Part shown: piece after piece, positions 23,207 to 36,355 of the stretch
Layout: each line of letters starts with the position of its first letter
Numbering within the stretch: the stretch's first letter is position 1
Assembly: GCA_024137785.1 (NCBI GenBank)
Contig: JAHRHZ010000012.1
Span: 64,009,344 to 64,073,343, forward strand
Length of the DNA stretch: 64,000 nucleotides
Direction: 5' to 3'
Source of the DNA: Ginglymostoma cirratum
Lineage: Eukaryota
Translations under genes and position numbers: made by a program
The notes under the pieces: generated by a model
Seen by the model: the letters and a program-made list of their open reading frames with translations, nothing else
Told to the model about the DNA's origin: nothing
The model's database searches: none

Positions 23207-23929
23207 GCATGAGCTGGTCACAAGTGATGTTGGCTCATGCAAAGTGATGTTGGCTCTTTGCAAAATGAAGGTATACTTCACAGAGATGTCTAAGTAATCA
23301 CAGGCGATCTTAAAAGAGGCACCAGTTGGCCACAATGCACACAGCTAATGCAAGACTTCCCGCCTGCACAGGGCCATGGAAATTATTCCCTCTCAACCTG
23401 AACTATAAGTATAATGCAAGACTCTTATATGTCTTCTGTGATGTGGGGTTGGGAGGAGAATGGGTTCAATGCTCATGCAGCAGTTACACTTTCCCATATG
23501 TCTTTCCCACATGACTGCTGATGCATTCATCAAAATAAAACCCAAGGTAACACATCAAGATGAGTCAATCCGTGGTCCTCCTTGTCTGATTGGTCTGTAC
23601 GGTGGGGTATGTAAAATTGTCACTTGAACATAATGTGAATGGATCTGTTCTGTTTCTTCTGCTCCTCACACAGATTCATTGCAAGCATGACTTATGGGCG
23701 CAGCCACAACACAGATTATTGTCACTGTTGCTGTAAGGCAACAAAAACACAGGGAAATTGAAGAAGATGTGCCAGGAAGTATAGGACCAGCAGCAATCTT
23801 GAGCAGACTTGGAATGGCCTCCACAAAGAGGTTACAGCTGTATGGTCCTTTGGGATACACAGTAGACAAAACATGGCCAATGCTTTTGTTCTTGATGCCA
23901 TTTCCTATGGACGAGAGAGGTGTAGAGTT

Positions 23930-24815
23930 ACCATAGGCTTAGGATGGCCCAGGACACTGTCACTGAGCTTTGCCAACTGCTGGTTCAGGATCTGTGACTT
24001 GAAGGAGTGTGTGGCCATTATAACCCATTGGCCAGGAAGATGACAGCTGTGTTGAACTTTCATGCAACTGATTCCTTCCAAGGAGCTGCTGAGGGCCTGT
24101 GTGGGGTCTCTTAAATTGTCCACGTAGAAAAGCAACAAGACCATGACCAATGCAATTTATGCCAGATCACACCATTTCAACTCATTTCCCTGTACAAAGT
24201 CAGTGCTACAGCCTGAGCGACAGGATTCAGCAACCTGACTGACTTCCTCCCTTAGTAGTGTGTTGTAGATTACACGCACATAGAGCTTAGAAGTGTGATA
24301 TGACAATGCTGTGGCGTTCATCAATGGGATTGGATTCCAATCCATGTAAGTGCAAAGATCTGTGATTATTAGTTCCACTTCCTAGCATGTTGTATCTAGT
24401 ACACTGGGAGCTGCCATTATGGTCACCTATGTTTATTGCTCAGGAACATTCACACAACACACTAAACTTAGGACCCAAGGAATGTTCTGGGAGCAAAGAA
24501 AACAGTCCACTACCTTTACCAGAAAAATCACATGGTCCTGCTGTGTTTGAGAGTCCTGATACCTTACAAGGATGGTTGCAGGGGTCCAGAACTACTCATT
24601 GTGACCATGGCTGATAGCTTCACTATGTAACTCCTGGCTGAGGCAAAGCACTGATACAATGCAGCCCATTCTTCCACCAGGGCTATGGTGAAGCAGACAA
24701 TAGGCTTTTTGAAGATGAGGTCCGGATGCTCGGACCAGTTTGATGGGGGCCTTTAGTAGAATCTGAATAGAATATGCCACATAATCCTAGCACTGTGTGT
24801 TCTACATAACTGGAG
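23930..24815 (+). pseudogene. PIF/Harbinger (HARBI1-like) DDE transposase fossil
   Basis: Manual translation across stops and frameshifts: RLRMAQDTVTELCQLL..KMTAVLNFHATDSFQG..LCGVS; VVDYTHIELR; FINGIGFQSM*VQ.ICD; YTGSCH; GWLQG; YNAAHSSTRAMVKQTIGFLKMR.GC.D...G.L....RICHIILALCVLHN. Colinear with Harbinger transposase motifs. Confidence 0.85.
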
Positions 24816-25559
24816 CAGGCAAAGGGAGAATGTGGTAGATATTGACAAACTGGGGCATTGGAACAGGCTTCTGCTTATTAATGCACTATCAGTTAGCCTT
24901 GTTCTCAGTTCTTGAATTTTCCTATACCATCATAAAATCTATAAGTTCACATATCAGTGGGATATGATAACATTATTTATGTGAATTTTGACATTTTTAT
25001 TTTCCTGACTAATTGATACCCATCTCTTCTCTTCCCTATGGTCATCATGTAAACTGCAACTTACAAAACTTCAATTGTGCCCAATCTAACCAATTTCTGT
25101 GGGTTCTATCAACAGTCATGCAGACCGTGGAGGCCAAATGTCTCTTCCGCTTTAAACTGCTAAACAGGCGAAGCAGCCTGAGGTTCAATTCCGAGGTGTT
25201 TTCTCCTCCTGATTATTGATACACATGCTGTGAAGTCCTTAGGATCAAGCCAACCCTTTAGCTAACACTTCTTGGGTCATCTCATCTCGAGAAAGAAACA
25301 GTGGGAAACCAAACAAAAAAGTGTCAAGAATTTTGTTGCTTGATACACTTGCATTTCTGCAGAAAGTTGTTACAGAAAGTTTCTGGCATGACATCCTCTG
25401 CAATCTTTCCCCTGATGATGGAGGTTTGATTCAAGTGGCATTCTTGGCCTTGAAAGAAGATAATCTTGCTATCCACCATCTACACTAGGTCCTACCACAC
25501 TGCATTGAAATACCTGCATGTTGTCTGTCATAGCAGCCATTTCAGCTCTTTGACAGTAT

Positions 25560-25905
25560 TTCTTCTTATCTGTGTACCTTCTCTTTATGACATGTTTACT
25601 GACTTTAAATGGCATCAGAGACATTTTATTACTGCCCTCCTAAACAAACATGCAGCCAGAAAGCAGGACATGATCTTGACTGAATGCCTGAATCATTTTG
25701 TGAAGGTTCTGACACAAATTTATTGCGTTAGCTGTGACTACGAAAAGCCGGAGCTCACCCATTCCCTGTGTGCCCATTTCTGGAAAAAATCAATTTTCTA
25801 GGCTATTATTCTAGTCTCCACTCATTGGGGCTGCCTTGAGAGATACTGAACCCCTTCAAACTCTGACTCAGAAGCAAGAATGTTACCACTGCGCCAAAAG
25901 CTCAT
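25560..25905 (-). mobile_element. Old tRNA-headed SINE relic, possibly SacSINE1/Deu-SINE-like
   Basis: Minus strand head TGGCGCAGTGGTAACATTCTTGCTTCTGAGTCAGAG..GGGGTTCAG. Body too decayed to be sure. Confidence 0.35.
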
Positions 25906-27447
25906 TCCATGTTTACACTATATACCAATCAAGATTTTGATACAGCTTCCAACCATTCCAAAATAAGAGAGGACGGAGGCCAAAATTTTCTACTGTCTAC
26001 ATTTTTCCAATGTACTTAGATTTCCATTGTTTGATGAATCATTTGGAAAGATACATTTAGCTCAGTCTAATGTTTTTGCAATGTAAAATGAGTCATCAGC
26101 AATGCTCGTAATATAAAACAGAATCACTTTGGTGCAAATGTGCATAAATGTTGAAACTCAGTAAAATATTGAAATCATGTGTGTTTTTCCATCTTTCAAA
26201 ACTTACATTGTTACCGATTTACACACGAGTGATAAAAAGACAGAAATGACATTAGTAAAGCTATTATTTCTACACAATTGAAATGTGTGAACCATTTTAA
26301 ATTGAAGTTATTTTAACTGGACCATTTCTGTGTGCTATCAAACTATTACAACTCCTCGATAGCACCATCTGTTTGTGATTTTGTTTGAGTCATTGGATTT
26401 CAATCCAAGAAAGAACAGGAACACTAGATTATGTTTAATCTTTGCAACTCATTAAATAATGTGATGTGGCACTTGTGGAATAACCAAACCATGCGAACCA
26501 GGAGAGTGATCTTGTGAATTTTACAAGGAAATGTCAAAATTCACTGTACTTTTCAATTTGTAACTTTAAGTTTTGCTTATAACCAGAATGTTTCCTGTTG
26601 TGCTTTTTCTGCCATTGTTCTGTAGTAACAAATTCGTAAAATTCTGGGCCAATGTTTCTGGCATTGGCACGAGCAATCATCCAGCTCCTTAACCTTACTG
26701 AAATTTGCAGGGTTAGAGCAAGGTCAGCTAATCTAAACCATCCAGTCCAAGAAAGAATGACAATGTTATCTAATTATTTATGCATCTAGACTGCTAGCTA
26801 GGTACATTCCACGTATTATACCAAATCATTGCTTGACTATCGGGTTTACTTTTAATCAGGGCCTTATGTACACTATCTCTCTTGTTTGACATTGCTCACC
26901 AATTTAGGTACCAAGCAAAGATGGAGTAACTCTATGGGATTGATTACTGCAGTTTTTTCTAAAAGGTCATGAATTTTCAGAACCATAGCTTGTAAACTAC
27001 TTTTGGCATTGTTTGCTGATTCAGACAAATTTCCAATTGCAGGAGGTTGAGAGTTGAATTCCAAACAATTGAATTCTAAAGGGTGAATTTCCAGGATATT
27101 CTGCTATTTGGTAGCCAAGCCTTTGGCACAGATTGGTATGGAAATGGAATAGAATTTAGAATGGAAATTGAAGGAAAATGGAGTAAAAGCGACTTTTCCA
27201 GGATTCCTATTACTTTCTACTTATATGATGTCAGGTGGCCAGAAGAACACCTACGATATTCAAATTCTAAGGCTCTATTTTGCAGCTCCTGCCCTGAAAT
27301 TCCACTTTTGGATCTTTATTGTATTTAAGGCTGAGATGAACAGACTTTTGGTCTCTTAAGGAATCAGTGGATATGGAGAGCAAGGAGGAAAGTGAAGTGA
27401 TGAGTAGCTAAGATTATGCAGCATGTGTGATAATCACCTTAGCAGGA

Positions 27448-29954
27448 TTGTACTATAGAAACTGCAATAGTCAGTGGGAAATTGGGAAACAAATTTGTAA
27501 GGAGATCTCAGTTATCTTTAAGAATAATAGGGTTGTTATGATAGGGGATTTTACCTTTCCAAACTTAGACTGAGACTGCCATAGTGCTTAGGGCTTGGAT
27601 GGATAAGAATTTGTTAAGTTTGTACAAAAATATTTTCTGGTTCTGGTAGGCGGATGTACCTACCAGAGAAGATGCAAAACTTGACCTACTCTTGGGAAAT
27701 AAGGCAAGGCAGGTGACTGAGGTGTCAGTGGGGGAGCACTTTGGGGCCATTGAGCATAATTCCATTAGTTTTAAAAAAGTGATGGAAAAGGATAGACGGG
27801 ATCTAAAAGTTAAAGTTCTACATTGGAGGAAGGTCAATGACGGTGCTAGACAAGAACTTTCCAAAGTTGAGGACTGGGGACGGATGTTCACAGGAAAAGG
27901 GGCAGCTGGGAAATAAGAAGCCTTCAAAAATGAGATGACGAGAGCCCAGAGATAGTACTTTCCTGTTAGGGCGAAGGGTGAGGCTGATAGTTGTAGGGAT
28001 TGCTGGATGAATAGAGAAATTGAGGTTTTAGTCAAGAATAAGAAAGAGGCATATGTCAGGATAGACAGGAGGGGTTGAGTGAATCCTTAGAAGTGTGTAA
28101 TGACAGTAGGAATATACTTAAGAGGGAAATCAGGAGGGCAAAAAGGGAACGTGACATAGCTTTGGCAAATAGGGTTAATGAGAATCGAAAGGGATTCTAC
28201 AAATACATTCAAAGATAAAAGGGTAACTAGGGAGAGAATAGGGTCCCTTAAAGACCAGCAAGGCCACCTATGTGTGGAACTGGAAGAGATACTAAACGAG
28301 TATCTTGCATCAGTGTTTACTGTGGAGAAGGAAATGGAAGATAGAGAATGTGGGGAAATAAATTGCGACTTCTTGAAAAGTGTCCATATTAGAGAGGAGG
28401 AGGTGTAGACATCTGATGATGCATAAAGGTGGATAAATCCCCAGGTTCTGATCAGGTGCGCCCTAGAGCTCTGTGGGAAGCTAGGGAAGAGATTTCTGGG
28501 CCCCTTGCTGAGATATTTGTATCATTGATAGCCACAGGTGAAGTGCTGGAAGACTGGAGGTTGGCTACCGTGGTGCCACTATTTAAGAAAGGTGGTAAGG
28601 AAACGCCCCGGAACTTTAGATTGATAAGCCTGACTTCAGCGGTGGGCAAGTTGTTAGAGGGAATCCTGAGGGACAGGATTTATATGTATTTGGAAAGGCA
28701 AGAACTGATTATGGATAGTTAACATGGATTTATGAGTGGGAAATCATGTCTCACTGACTTTCTTGAGGATTTTGAAGAAGTAATAAAGAGGATTGTTGAG
28801 GGCAGAGTGGTGGATGTGATCTATATGAACTTCTATAAGGCATTCGACAAGGTTTCTCATGGCAGCCTGGTTAGCAAGGTTAGATCACATGGAATACAGG
28901 GAGAACTAGCCATTTGGATACAGAACTGCCTCAAAGTTAGAAGACAGAAGGTGGTGGTGGAGTGTTGTTCTTCAGGCTGGAGGCTTGTGACCAGAGGTGT
29001 GCCACAAGGATTGATGCTGGATCCACTGCTTTTTGTCATTTATGTAAATAATTTGAATGAGAACATCGGAGGTACGGTTAGTAAGTTTGCAGATGACACC
29101 AAAATTGGAGGTGTAGTGGACAGCAAAGAAGGTACCTCAGCGTACAACGGGACCTTGATCAGGTGGGACAACAGGCCGAGGAGTGGCAGATGGAATTTAA
29201 TTTAGATAAATGTGAGGTGCTGCATTTTGGAAAGGCAAATCAGGGCAGGACATATACACTTAATGGTAAGGTCCTGGGGTGTGTTGCTGAACAAAGAGAC
29301 CTTGGAGTACAAGTGCATTGTTCCTTGAAAATGGAGGCACAGGTAGGAACGTAAATAAAGTATTTGGTACGCTTGCCTTTATTGGTCAGTGCACTGAGTA
29401 TAGGAGATGGGAGGTCATGTTGCGGCTGTACAGGATCATGGTTAGGCCATTTTTGGAATACTGCATGCAATTCTGATTTCCCTGCTACATGAAAGATGTT
29501 GTGAAACTTGAAAGAGTTCAGAAAAGATTTACAAGAATGTTCCAGCTTTGGAGGGCTTGAGCTGTCAGGAAAGGATGAATAGGCTGGGGCTATTTTCCCT
29601 GGTGCATCAGAGGCTGAGGATTATCGAGGTTTATAAATCCATAAGGAGCCTTGATAGGGTGAATAACCAAGGCCTTTTCCCTGTGGTGTGGGTGTCCAAA
29701 ACCAGAGGGCATTGGATTAAGATGAGAGGAGACAGATTTAAAAGGGGCCAACACTTTCATACAGAGGGTAGTGCTTGTATAAAATGAGCTGCCTGAGGAA
29801 GTGGTGGTGGCTGGTACATTTAAAAGGTATCTGGATGTGTATATGAATAAGAAGAGTTTACAGTGATACAGGCCAAATGCTGGCAAGTGGGACTAGAAAA
29901 CTTTAGGCTATCTGGTCGGCATGGACGAGTTGGGCCAAAGGGTCTGCTTCCGTA
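27448..29954 (+). mobile_element. 5'-truncated CR1 (HER1-like) LINE, ORF2 pseudogene (end of endonuclease + RT)
   Basis: IGDFT(F)P, LDLLLGN, DKSPGSDQV, FRLISLTSAVGK, FYKAFDKVSH, GVPQGLMLDPLLF, SKFADDTKIGG. 3' tail GGTCGGCATGGACGAGTTGGGCCAAAGGG. Confidence 0.92.
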
Positions 29955-30589
29955 TTTCATAACCCGATGTTCTGCCTTTCCTTATGACCTGATTGGGTGA
30001 AGCTAAGTAACTAAATTCAGTTACAGCATTGAGTCTGTCATAACCTTGGCCTTATAGACCTGAATCCAAATGGTTTCCACATCCAATATACTCGGTCAAA
30101 GAAACAACTGCATTTAGATTTCCTGATCCTGATGTTAAGTTATATTTGGGAGCCAGCCGAAAGCTTCGGCACTTGATCAAGACCAACTGCATCCAGATCC
30201 AACCTAATGTTCACACTATTTCCATGTCTGTCTGCTAACATTCCAGTAGGAGTAAGCCAAAGTGGCACTTTTTTTTCATTTTCGTTATTCATGGGAAGTG
30301 TGTTCTATTGTCTGGCCAACATCCCTAGCTGCCCTTAAGAAGGTGGTGGTGAGCTGCTTTCCTGAATCACTGCAGTCCATTTGGTGTAGGTGCACTCACA
30401 ATTCAATTTGGAAGGGAATTCAAGGATTTTGGCCTAGAGACACTGACAATATATTTCCATGGTGGGATGGTGAGTGGCTTGGAGGGGAATTGCAGATGGT
30501 GGCGTTTCCATGTATCTGCTGCCCTGGTTGTTCCAGATGGTAATGGTCATGGGTTTGGGAGGTGGTGACTAAGGAGGATGACTAAGACT

Positions 30590-30942
30590 GATAGATTCAT
30601 AGAATCATTGAAGTGTGGAAGCAGGCCATTCAGCCCATCGAGTCACACTGACCCTCCAAAGAGCATCCCACACAGACCTACCACTCTATCTTATCCCTGT
30701 AACCTTGCATTTCCAATGGCTGATCCACCAGCCTGAACATTTCTGGACACGATGTGCAATTTAGGATGGCTAATCCACCTAACCTGCACATCTTTGAACT
30801 GTTGGTGGAAACCGGACCATCCAGAAGAAACCAGCGCAGACACAGGGAGAATGTGCAGACTCCACTTAGACAGTGCTCAATGCTGGAAACAAACCCAGGT
30901 CCCTGACACTGTGAGACAGCAGTGCTAGCCACAGCCACTATG
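30590..30942 (-). mobile_element. HE1-type SINE
   Basis: tRNA-like head GTGGCTAGCACTGCTGTCTCACAGTGTCAGGGACCTGGGTTTG, core GGAGTCTGCACATTCTCCCTGTGTCTGCG, CR1-like tail. Confidence 0.85.
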
Positions 30943-31911
30943 TCACCAGAGTAGATGTTTGTACATGCACTGTCTGTCAGGCGCGTACATCATCTTGGAT
31001 GATGGCAAGCTTCTTGAGTGTTGTTGGAGCTGCATCTATCCAGGCAAGTGAGAAGTATTCCATCACACTCCTGACTTGTGCCTTGTAGATGGTGGACAGG
31101 CTTTGGGGAGTCAGGAGGTGAGTTACTCACTGCAGTATTGATGAGGATGATATCTCAAATTTGGTTCCTTCAGTAATTGCTACAGGCTCAGTCTAGCAAC
31201 TATGTCCTTTAAGACTAAGAGCATGGTATGTTGGTGGTGCTGCTGAGCCAGACTTCATGGTGGACAGTGAAGTCCCCCAGCAAGGGTATATTCTACCCCT
31301 CTTCCTCTCTCAGTGCATTTGGATGCTGTTCAATGTGGAGGAGTAATAATTCATCACCTGTGGGGAGGATGCCCATGTTAATCAGCAGGAGGTTTCCTTT
31401 CCCATGTTTGACCTGATGCTAAGAGACTTCTTGTAGACCAGAGTCAATATTGAGGATTGCCTCTTGCACACAACTATGCCATCTCAGCTGCTGGCTCTGT
31501 CCTGCTGGTGCGACAGGCCATAATCATGGTTGGTGATGGCATTATCTGGAACATTGTATGTTGGTTTTGATTCCGTGAGTATGACTGTCAGGATGCTGCT
31601 TGACTAGTCTTTGAGACAGCTCTTCCAATTTTGGCACTAATCCTTAGATGTTTGTATGGGGAGTTTTGCGAGGCTGACTGGACTGAGTTTGCAGTTGTCG
31701 CTCCTGATGCCTCTGTCAATGCCAAGTGGTCCATCTAGTTTCATTCTTTTTTTTTGAGACTTGTAGCAATTGATAGAACTGAGTGGCTTAATAGTCCATT
31801 TCGGAGGACAGTTAAAAGTCAAACACATTACTGTGCACCTGGAGTCACATATAGGCCAGACCAGGTAAGGACAGTAGCTTTTCCTTCCCTCACAAACATT
31901 AGTGAACTATA

Positions 31912-32073
31912 AGAGATAACAAGGTGTAGAGCTGGATGAACACAACAGGCCAAGCAGCATCAGAGGAGCAGGAAAGCTGACATTTCGGGTCTGGACCCTT
32001 CTTCAGAAAGGGTTCATCCAGCTCTACACCTTGTTATCTCAGATTCTCCAGCATCGGTAGTTCCTACTATCCC
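31912..32073. mobile_element. Fold-back Penelope-terminal element (family A), 162 bp, 13-bp TSD
   Basis: Inverted arms GAGATAACAAGGTGTAGAGCTGGATGAAC / GTTCATCCAGCTCTACACCTTGTTATCTC. TSD TTAGTGAACTATA at 31899-31911 and 32074-32086. Minus-strand CUGAAGA-A-GGGU-CCAG-ACCC-GAAAU-GUC at 31979-32006. Confidence 0.88.
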
Positions 32074-32860
32074 TTAGTGAACTATATGTTTTTTTACAAC
32101 AATTGACAGTGGTTTTCATTGTCATCATCAGACTGCTAATTCCAGATTTTTATTGAATTGAAATTCCATCAGCTGATATGGCAGGATTCAAACCCAGGTC
32201 TCTCGATTATTTGTCCAATGACAATTTTGTAACATCATTGCCTTCCCTCACTGATTGACATTTTGAGGCCTTTGTGACTAATGAGTAAGTCGATGAACTG
32301 TTAGTAGAAACCATAGTTCCTTTCAAGATGTCTGCCATTTTAAAAGTGTAAAGCTAGGTGGTCTATGCTTATCAATTGTTTCCAGCAGCAGCTTAAAGAG
32401 AAAATGTATTTAATTTGGGACAAAAAAAAATGAAATTACATTGTGGAGGGGTTAATGGGTGCTGAAAATAGAGCAGTAACTACATAAACTTTCAATTCTG
32501 TTGAGGTGGAAAACATACAACTGTCATAAAAATAGTTACAAAATTTCCATCCATCTTACCTGACAGTAATTAAGGAAACTTTTAATTATTACTCACCACT
32601 GTCCGTACATCCCTCCCTTACACCTCTAACTCCTCATCTTCCCTTTCTGGTAGTCATACTAATTGAGATAGTTTAACTAAGATGTGTCCTTCACTAAGAA
32701 TTAACTAAAAACGGGAGGTAAAGGTTTTAACAAAATGCAATAATTAATGTTTTGAATTTCTGATAGCTGTATACTTCAGGATATGGAATGCCTTAATTAC
32801 TAATTAAAAACCTTAATATCAAATTTGGATGGTTGTTCCTTGAAATTTTAATCCTGGTGT

Positions 32861-32892
32861 ATAATAATGGTAATAATAACAATAATAATAAT
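32861..32892. repeat. Imperfect (AAT)n tract
   Basis: Seen directly. Confidence 0.8.
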
Positions 32893-33224
32893 GATACATT
32901 TCATCCAGTCTGACCTGTGTGAAAGTATAATCTGTTGAGCTGGAACTGGACTATTGAGTTAAGATGCATTAAGAAATAGATTTCTGCGTAACTTCTAGCA
33001 TTCCCCTCTCTTCAGAGTGTCAATATAAAACATAGGATTACCTAAGGCTGAGGAGCCAGACATTTGGCAAAAAATCTGAGTTGCCCTGATCTAATTCGCG
33101 CGTCATTTTTGTTTGCAGAGGTTGCATAGAGACCTGAAAGTTGTTTCCTGTCTCTGTGCAGACCTTCAGCGAGTTCACTGCAGCTGACTCCGGTTTGTGC
33201 GTGTCCTGTAACAACTGTAAGTTG

Positions 33225-33312
33225 ATTGGCTCATCATAGCCTGCAGTGCTTAGTCAATCAGAAAGAAGGCAAGTCATGAATGACCTCACTGGGTGTGGTA
33301 ACAGTATAAATA
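33225..33312 (+). promoter_or_regulatory. ANXA1: Annexin gene core promoter
   Basis: Inverted CCAAT (ATTGG 33225-33229), TGACCTCA (33281-33288), GT/CACCC box GGGTGTGG (33291-33298) and TATAAATA (33305-33312), ~95 bp upstream of a strong splice donor. Mammalian ANXA1 also has a CCAAT/TATA promoter. Confidence 0.7.
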
Positions 33313-33334
33313 CAACCTCCAACAGTTAGTCTGT

Positions 33335-33407
33335 GTGATTTTAGTTGTGAATTTTTCCATTTCTGAAAGGGTGTTTGAAATCTTTACAAGGATTAAATAA
33401 GCAGTTG
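33335..33407 (+). other. ANXA1: Non-coding exon 1 (start approximate)
   Basis: Starts ~30 bp after TATA and ends at TTG|GTAAGC. Annexin A1/A2 genes have a short untranslated first exon. Confidence 0.62.
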
Positions 33408-35527
33408 GTAAGCACTAGTAGTTTCTATTCCAGCCTTGTTTTGATTTGTATCCAAACCTATTAAAATGCTGGCAGGGTTTAGTTTCTTCTTTTCTGATGC
33501 TTTAATTTTTGCCCTATTGCCACTTGCAAGGGTGTTATCTTAATTAAGTTTGAAATTGATTGTTTCTTAGAGGGAATTGTTTAAAAAATCTATTTCAACT
33601 CTGCTGTGTACTTTTACTGCATGCTGAAGTGATTTGTGGATTTTTCTGTGAACTCAATCTTTGGTTATTTGAGACTGGTCTGTTTGAATGTTCAGTCGAA
33701 AACTGGATTCCTGCAATGAAGAGTGATATAATGATAACTGTTTTGGGGTGGAATGAGGAATGTTGTATGACAAGTTTGTTTTTTGAAAGCCTATTCATTG
33801 AATCTGTACTTAACTCTTTATTTGGATTCAATTCCTGGACTTGAGCTCCTTCAATGCTGTGCTGAAAGAAACCTTTTTCTCATAGAAGGGTGTTTGGCTC
33901 TCGAGCTAGAAGCAGTAACTAAAGCATCCTCTGTTTCAGATCTGCTGGGTTGGTTTGAACAGCTGGCTTGCTGTCTACACTGACTGAAGTAAACCATGGA
34001 ATCTTGTACAAAAAAAATGTTTTTATTACTGGTGAACTGGATCTCCTCCAGTTTAGTCTTCAACTTAAGTGTTTATGGAAGGTGGAATAGAAGTTTATTT
34101 GAAAGACATTTTCTTGTCTTAACATACTCAGTTGCTGCATGTTTTTGTGTCAGTGTGCAAGTTTACTGACCTCGGGCAATCAAGTGTAATTTTCAAGTTG
34201 ACTGACTTGTTTCTGCAGACTTTTTGTTTAATTCTATGAATTTTTAAGTCTCTTTCCTGCAAGATATACAGCCATAACTTGGGTGTTCCTCATTATACCT
34301 TCATCCCTCTGCATCAAAATTCAGGAACTCTAACTTAATAGCACTGTGGGAGTTTATCTATGACGCACTTTACAGCAGCAAAGGAACGCCTACTACCACG
34401 TCCTCAAGGACAATGGGGCTGTGTATTATAAGTCTGATTTTGCTTGCCATGCACTCTTGGGTGAGCTTTTCAAAAACAATAAATATTTTAATTTAATCTT
34501 GATGCTTAAAATATGTTAAGCAATATTTAGTTATGTTTTGACTTGTATTCAAGTCTACAGATAAATTGTAGAGATTGAGATACATGATTGATTCAGAAGA
34601 ATTTGTTTTAACAATGTAGTATATTGCAAAGCTTGTTTTAAATTGGGTCTAGTGATAAAAGCAGTTAGATGTGATATTAAATTGACAACTGAGGGCTTAC
34701 AAAGTGGTTAGCCATTGTGCATAATCATGCCTGATCTACTGTGACTCTACCTCCCCACTTTCTAATCCCCAGTCAACAAGAACAGCCTCTTTATTTTGAC
34801 TTCTAGAATGACAGAAAAGTTATGACACAAATAGGACATTCACCTTATGTCTGCACCCACTGAGTAAGCTTGACATCTATTTTAGCCTCACTTTCCAGCA
34901 CTTAGTCCCATAGACTTGTCGATGACAGTAGATCCAGGGTCCCTTTAAAATTGTTTTGCCTTGACCACAAAACTGGATGGTGAATTCTGGATATGCATCA
35001 TTCTCTGGCTGGGAATGTTGGTAGATGTAGAACCCAGAAGTGGAGTGTGCATATTTCAGAATGTTGCATGGCCAGAGGAGATTGCGAGCATGAGGCTACT
35101 GAGGAATTTAAAGTTGAAATGTTACTCAACTGGTAACTCCTGTAGATAATTATTCACAAAATGATGGTGAATGGGATTTAATGTGCTAAGACATGTAGCA
35201 GTGTTTTGAGTAATATTGAGTTTAAAGGAGCAATATATGAAGTAGACCATTGAGTCTTAAGTCTAGTCTACCATTTGACTAGATTAATATCATTTTCCTG
35301 CTCTATGCCTATAATCCCTTGATTTGGATAATTTCCCAAAACTATAATCCAAATTCATGAATGCATTTTAGAGCTTTCACAGCCCTCTAAGTCTGATAGT
35401 AGATCACTGTGTAACATTTGCTTTTGGGGCAGAGAAGCATGAAATGAGGATTTCAGCAGCAGATGAGGTAAGCAGTGCAGTATTAGAGGGGAAAGATGGT
35501 CTTGGTGACAAAAGTACGATTGCCTGT

Positions 35528-35651
35528 GATAGTAAGATGCTGGAGGAACACAGTACATCAAGCAGCATCAGAGGAGCAGGAAAGCTGGTGTTTTGGGTCA
35601 GGACCTTTAAGAAGGGTCCAGACCTGAAACGTTAGCTTTCCTGCTCCTCTA
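35528..35651. mobile_element. Fold-back family-A element in intron 1
   Basis: AGAGGAGCAGGAAAGCT..GGGTC / GACCTGAAACGTTAGCTTTCCTGCTCCTCT inverted arms. The hammerhead CUG is lost at the symmetry centre. Possible TSD ATTGCC(T/A)GT. Confidence 0.75.
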
Positions 35652-36209
35652 ATTGCCAGTTCATCTGTAAGAATTTCAGGTTACAAATTGACTAAACCAC
35701 ACTCACCAAGCAGAGTGATGGGGTTGATGAGGGAATGAAAGTTGTGTTCACCTGGTATTGGATGTTGAAGCAACCTATTTTAGACTGAGGAATGGCATGA
35801 GATGATTGAGGTAAGGGTAGGTGTTGTGTATCCATGGAATATGTACTTTCATTAAAAATGAGATCTCCAGAGATGAGGAAGGAACAAGCCATTGATTATT
35901 TCAATGTACTTTGCGCACATACAATACACTAATACAGTCCTATGGGGTAGAAAAGGTTAAAAATGTGCAACCCTTCAAGGAAACCAACTTTTTTAATCCA
36001 TCTTAAATGGTGGTTGACACATGCATGCCTTAAGCTTGTGACCCTGGTTCTAACTCTGCTAAAGGGGGGAGGGGGAGAGGGAACCATCTCTCCAGTGTCT
36101 ACCCTATTAAGCCCCTCTAGATTTCTTCATTTGAAGAATATTTTATGTAAAAGTGCATAGAAACTGTCCCTATAGGGACAATCCCTTAAATCCTGGAATA
36201 GCCCTAATA

Positions 36210-36355
36210 AACATGCTGGAGAAACTCAGCAGGTCAGGCATCCTTTGTGGAGGGAAAGAACAGTTTGTTTTGGGTCTGATATGGCTGTTCAGGGGTCTAT
36301 AGAAATCTTATTGGACTCATCAGTTTGAACATTGTCTATTCTACCTCCACAGATG
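36210..36355. mobile_element. Decayed family-B element
   Basis: TGCTGGAGAAACTCAGCAGGTCAGGCATC..GTGGAG / CTCCACAGATG. Confidence 0.5.

Larger units (their letters stand above)
30270..32250 (-). mobile_element. Internally deleted CR1-group LINE (7092-9391 family) with a tRNA-SINE-like 5' head; interrupted by HE1 and a family-A element
   Basis: On the minus strand: B-box GGGTTTGAATCC (32184-32195), the core shared with SINE 27-365, then TNI*GLVPKLEELSQRLVKQHPD/VILTES (APE N-terminus, ~31570-31655), RT C-terminal DNA matching 8810-8950, and the 3' tail matching 9040-9390. Confidence 0.75.

Noticed and set aside
22961-23335. ORFs with THTHTH / CVCVCV / TDRQ repeats
   Set aside because: Translations of microsatellites.
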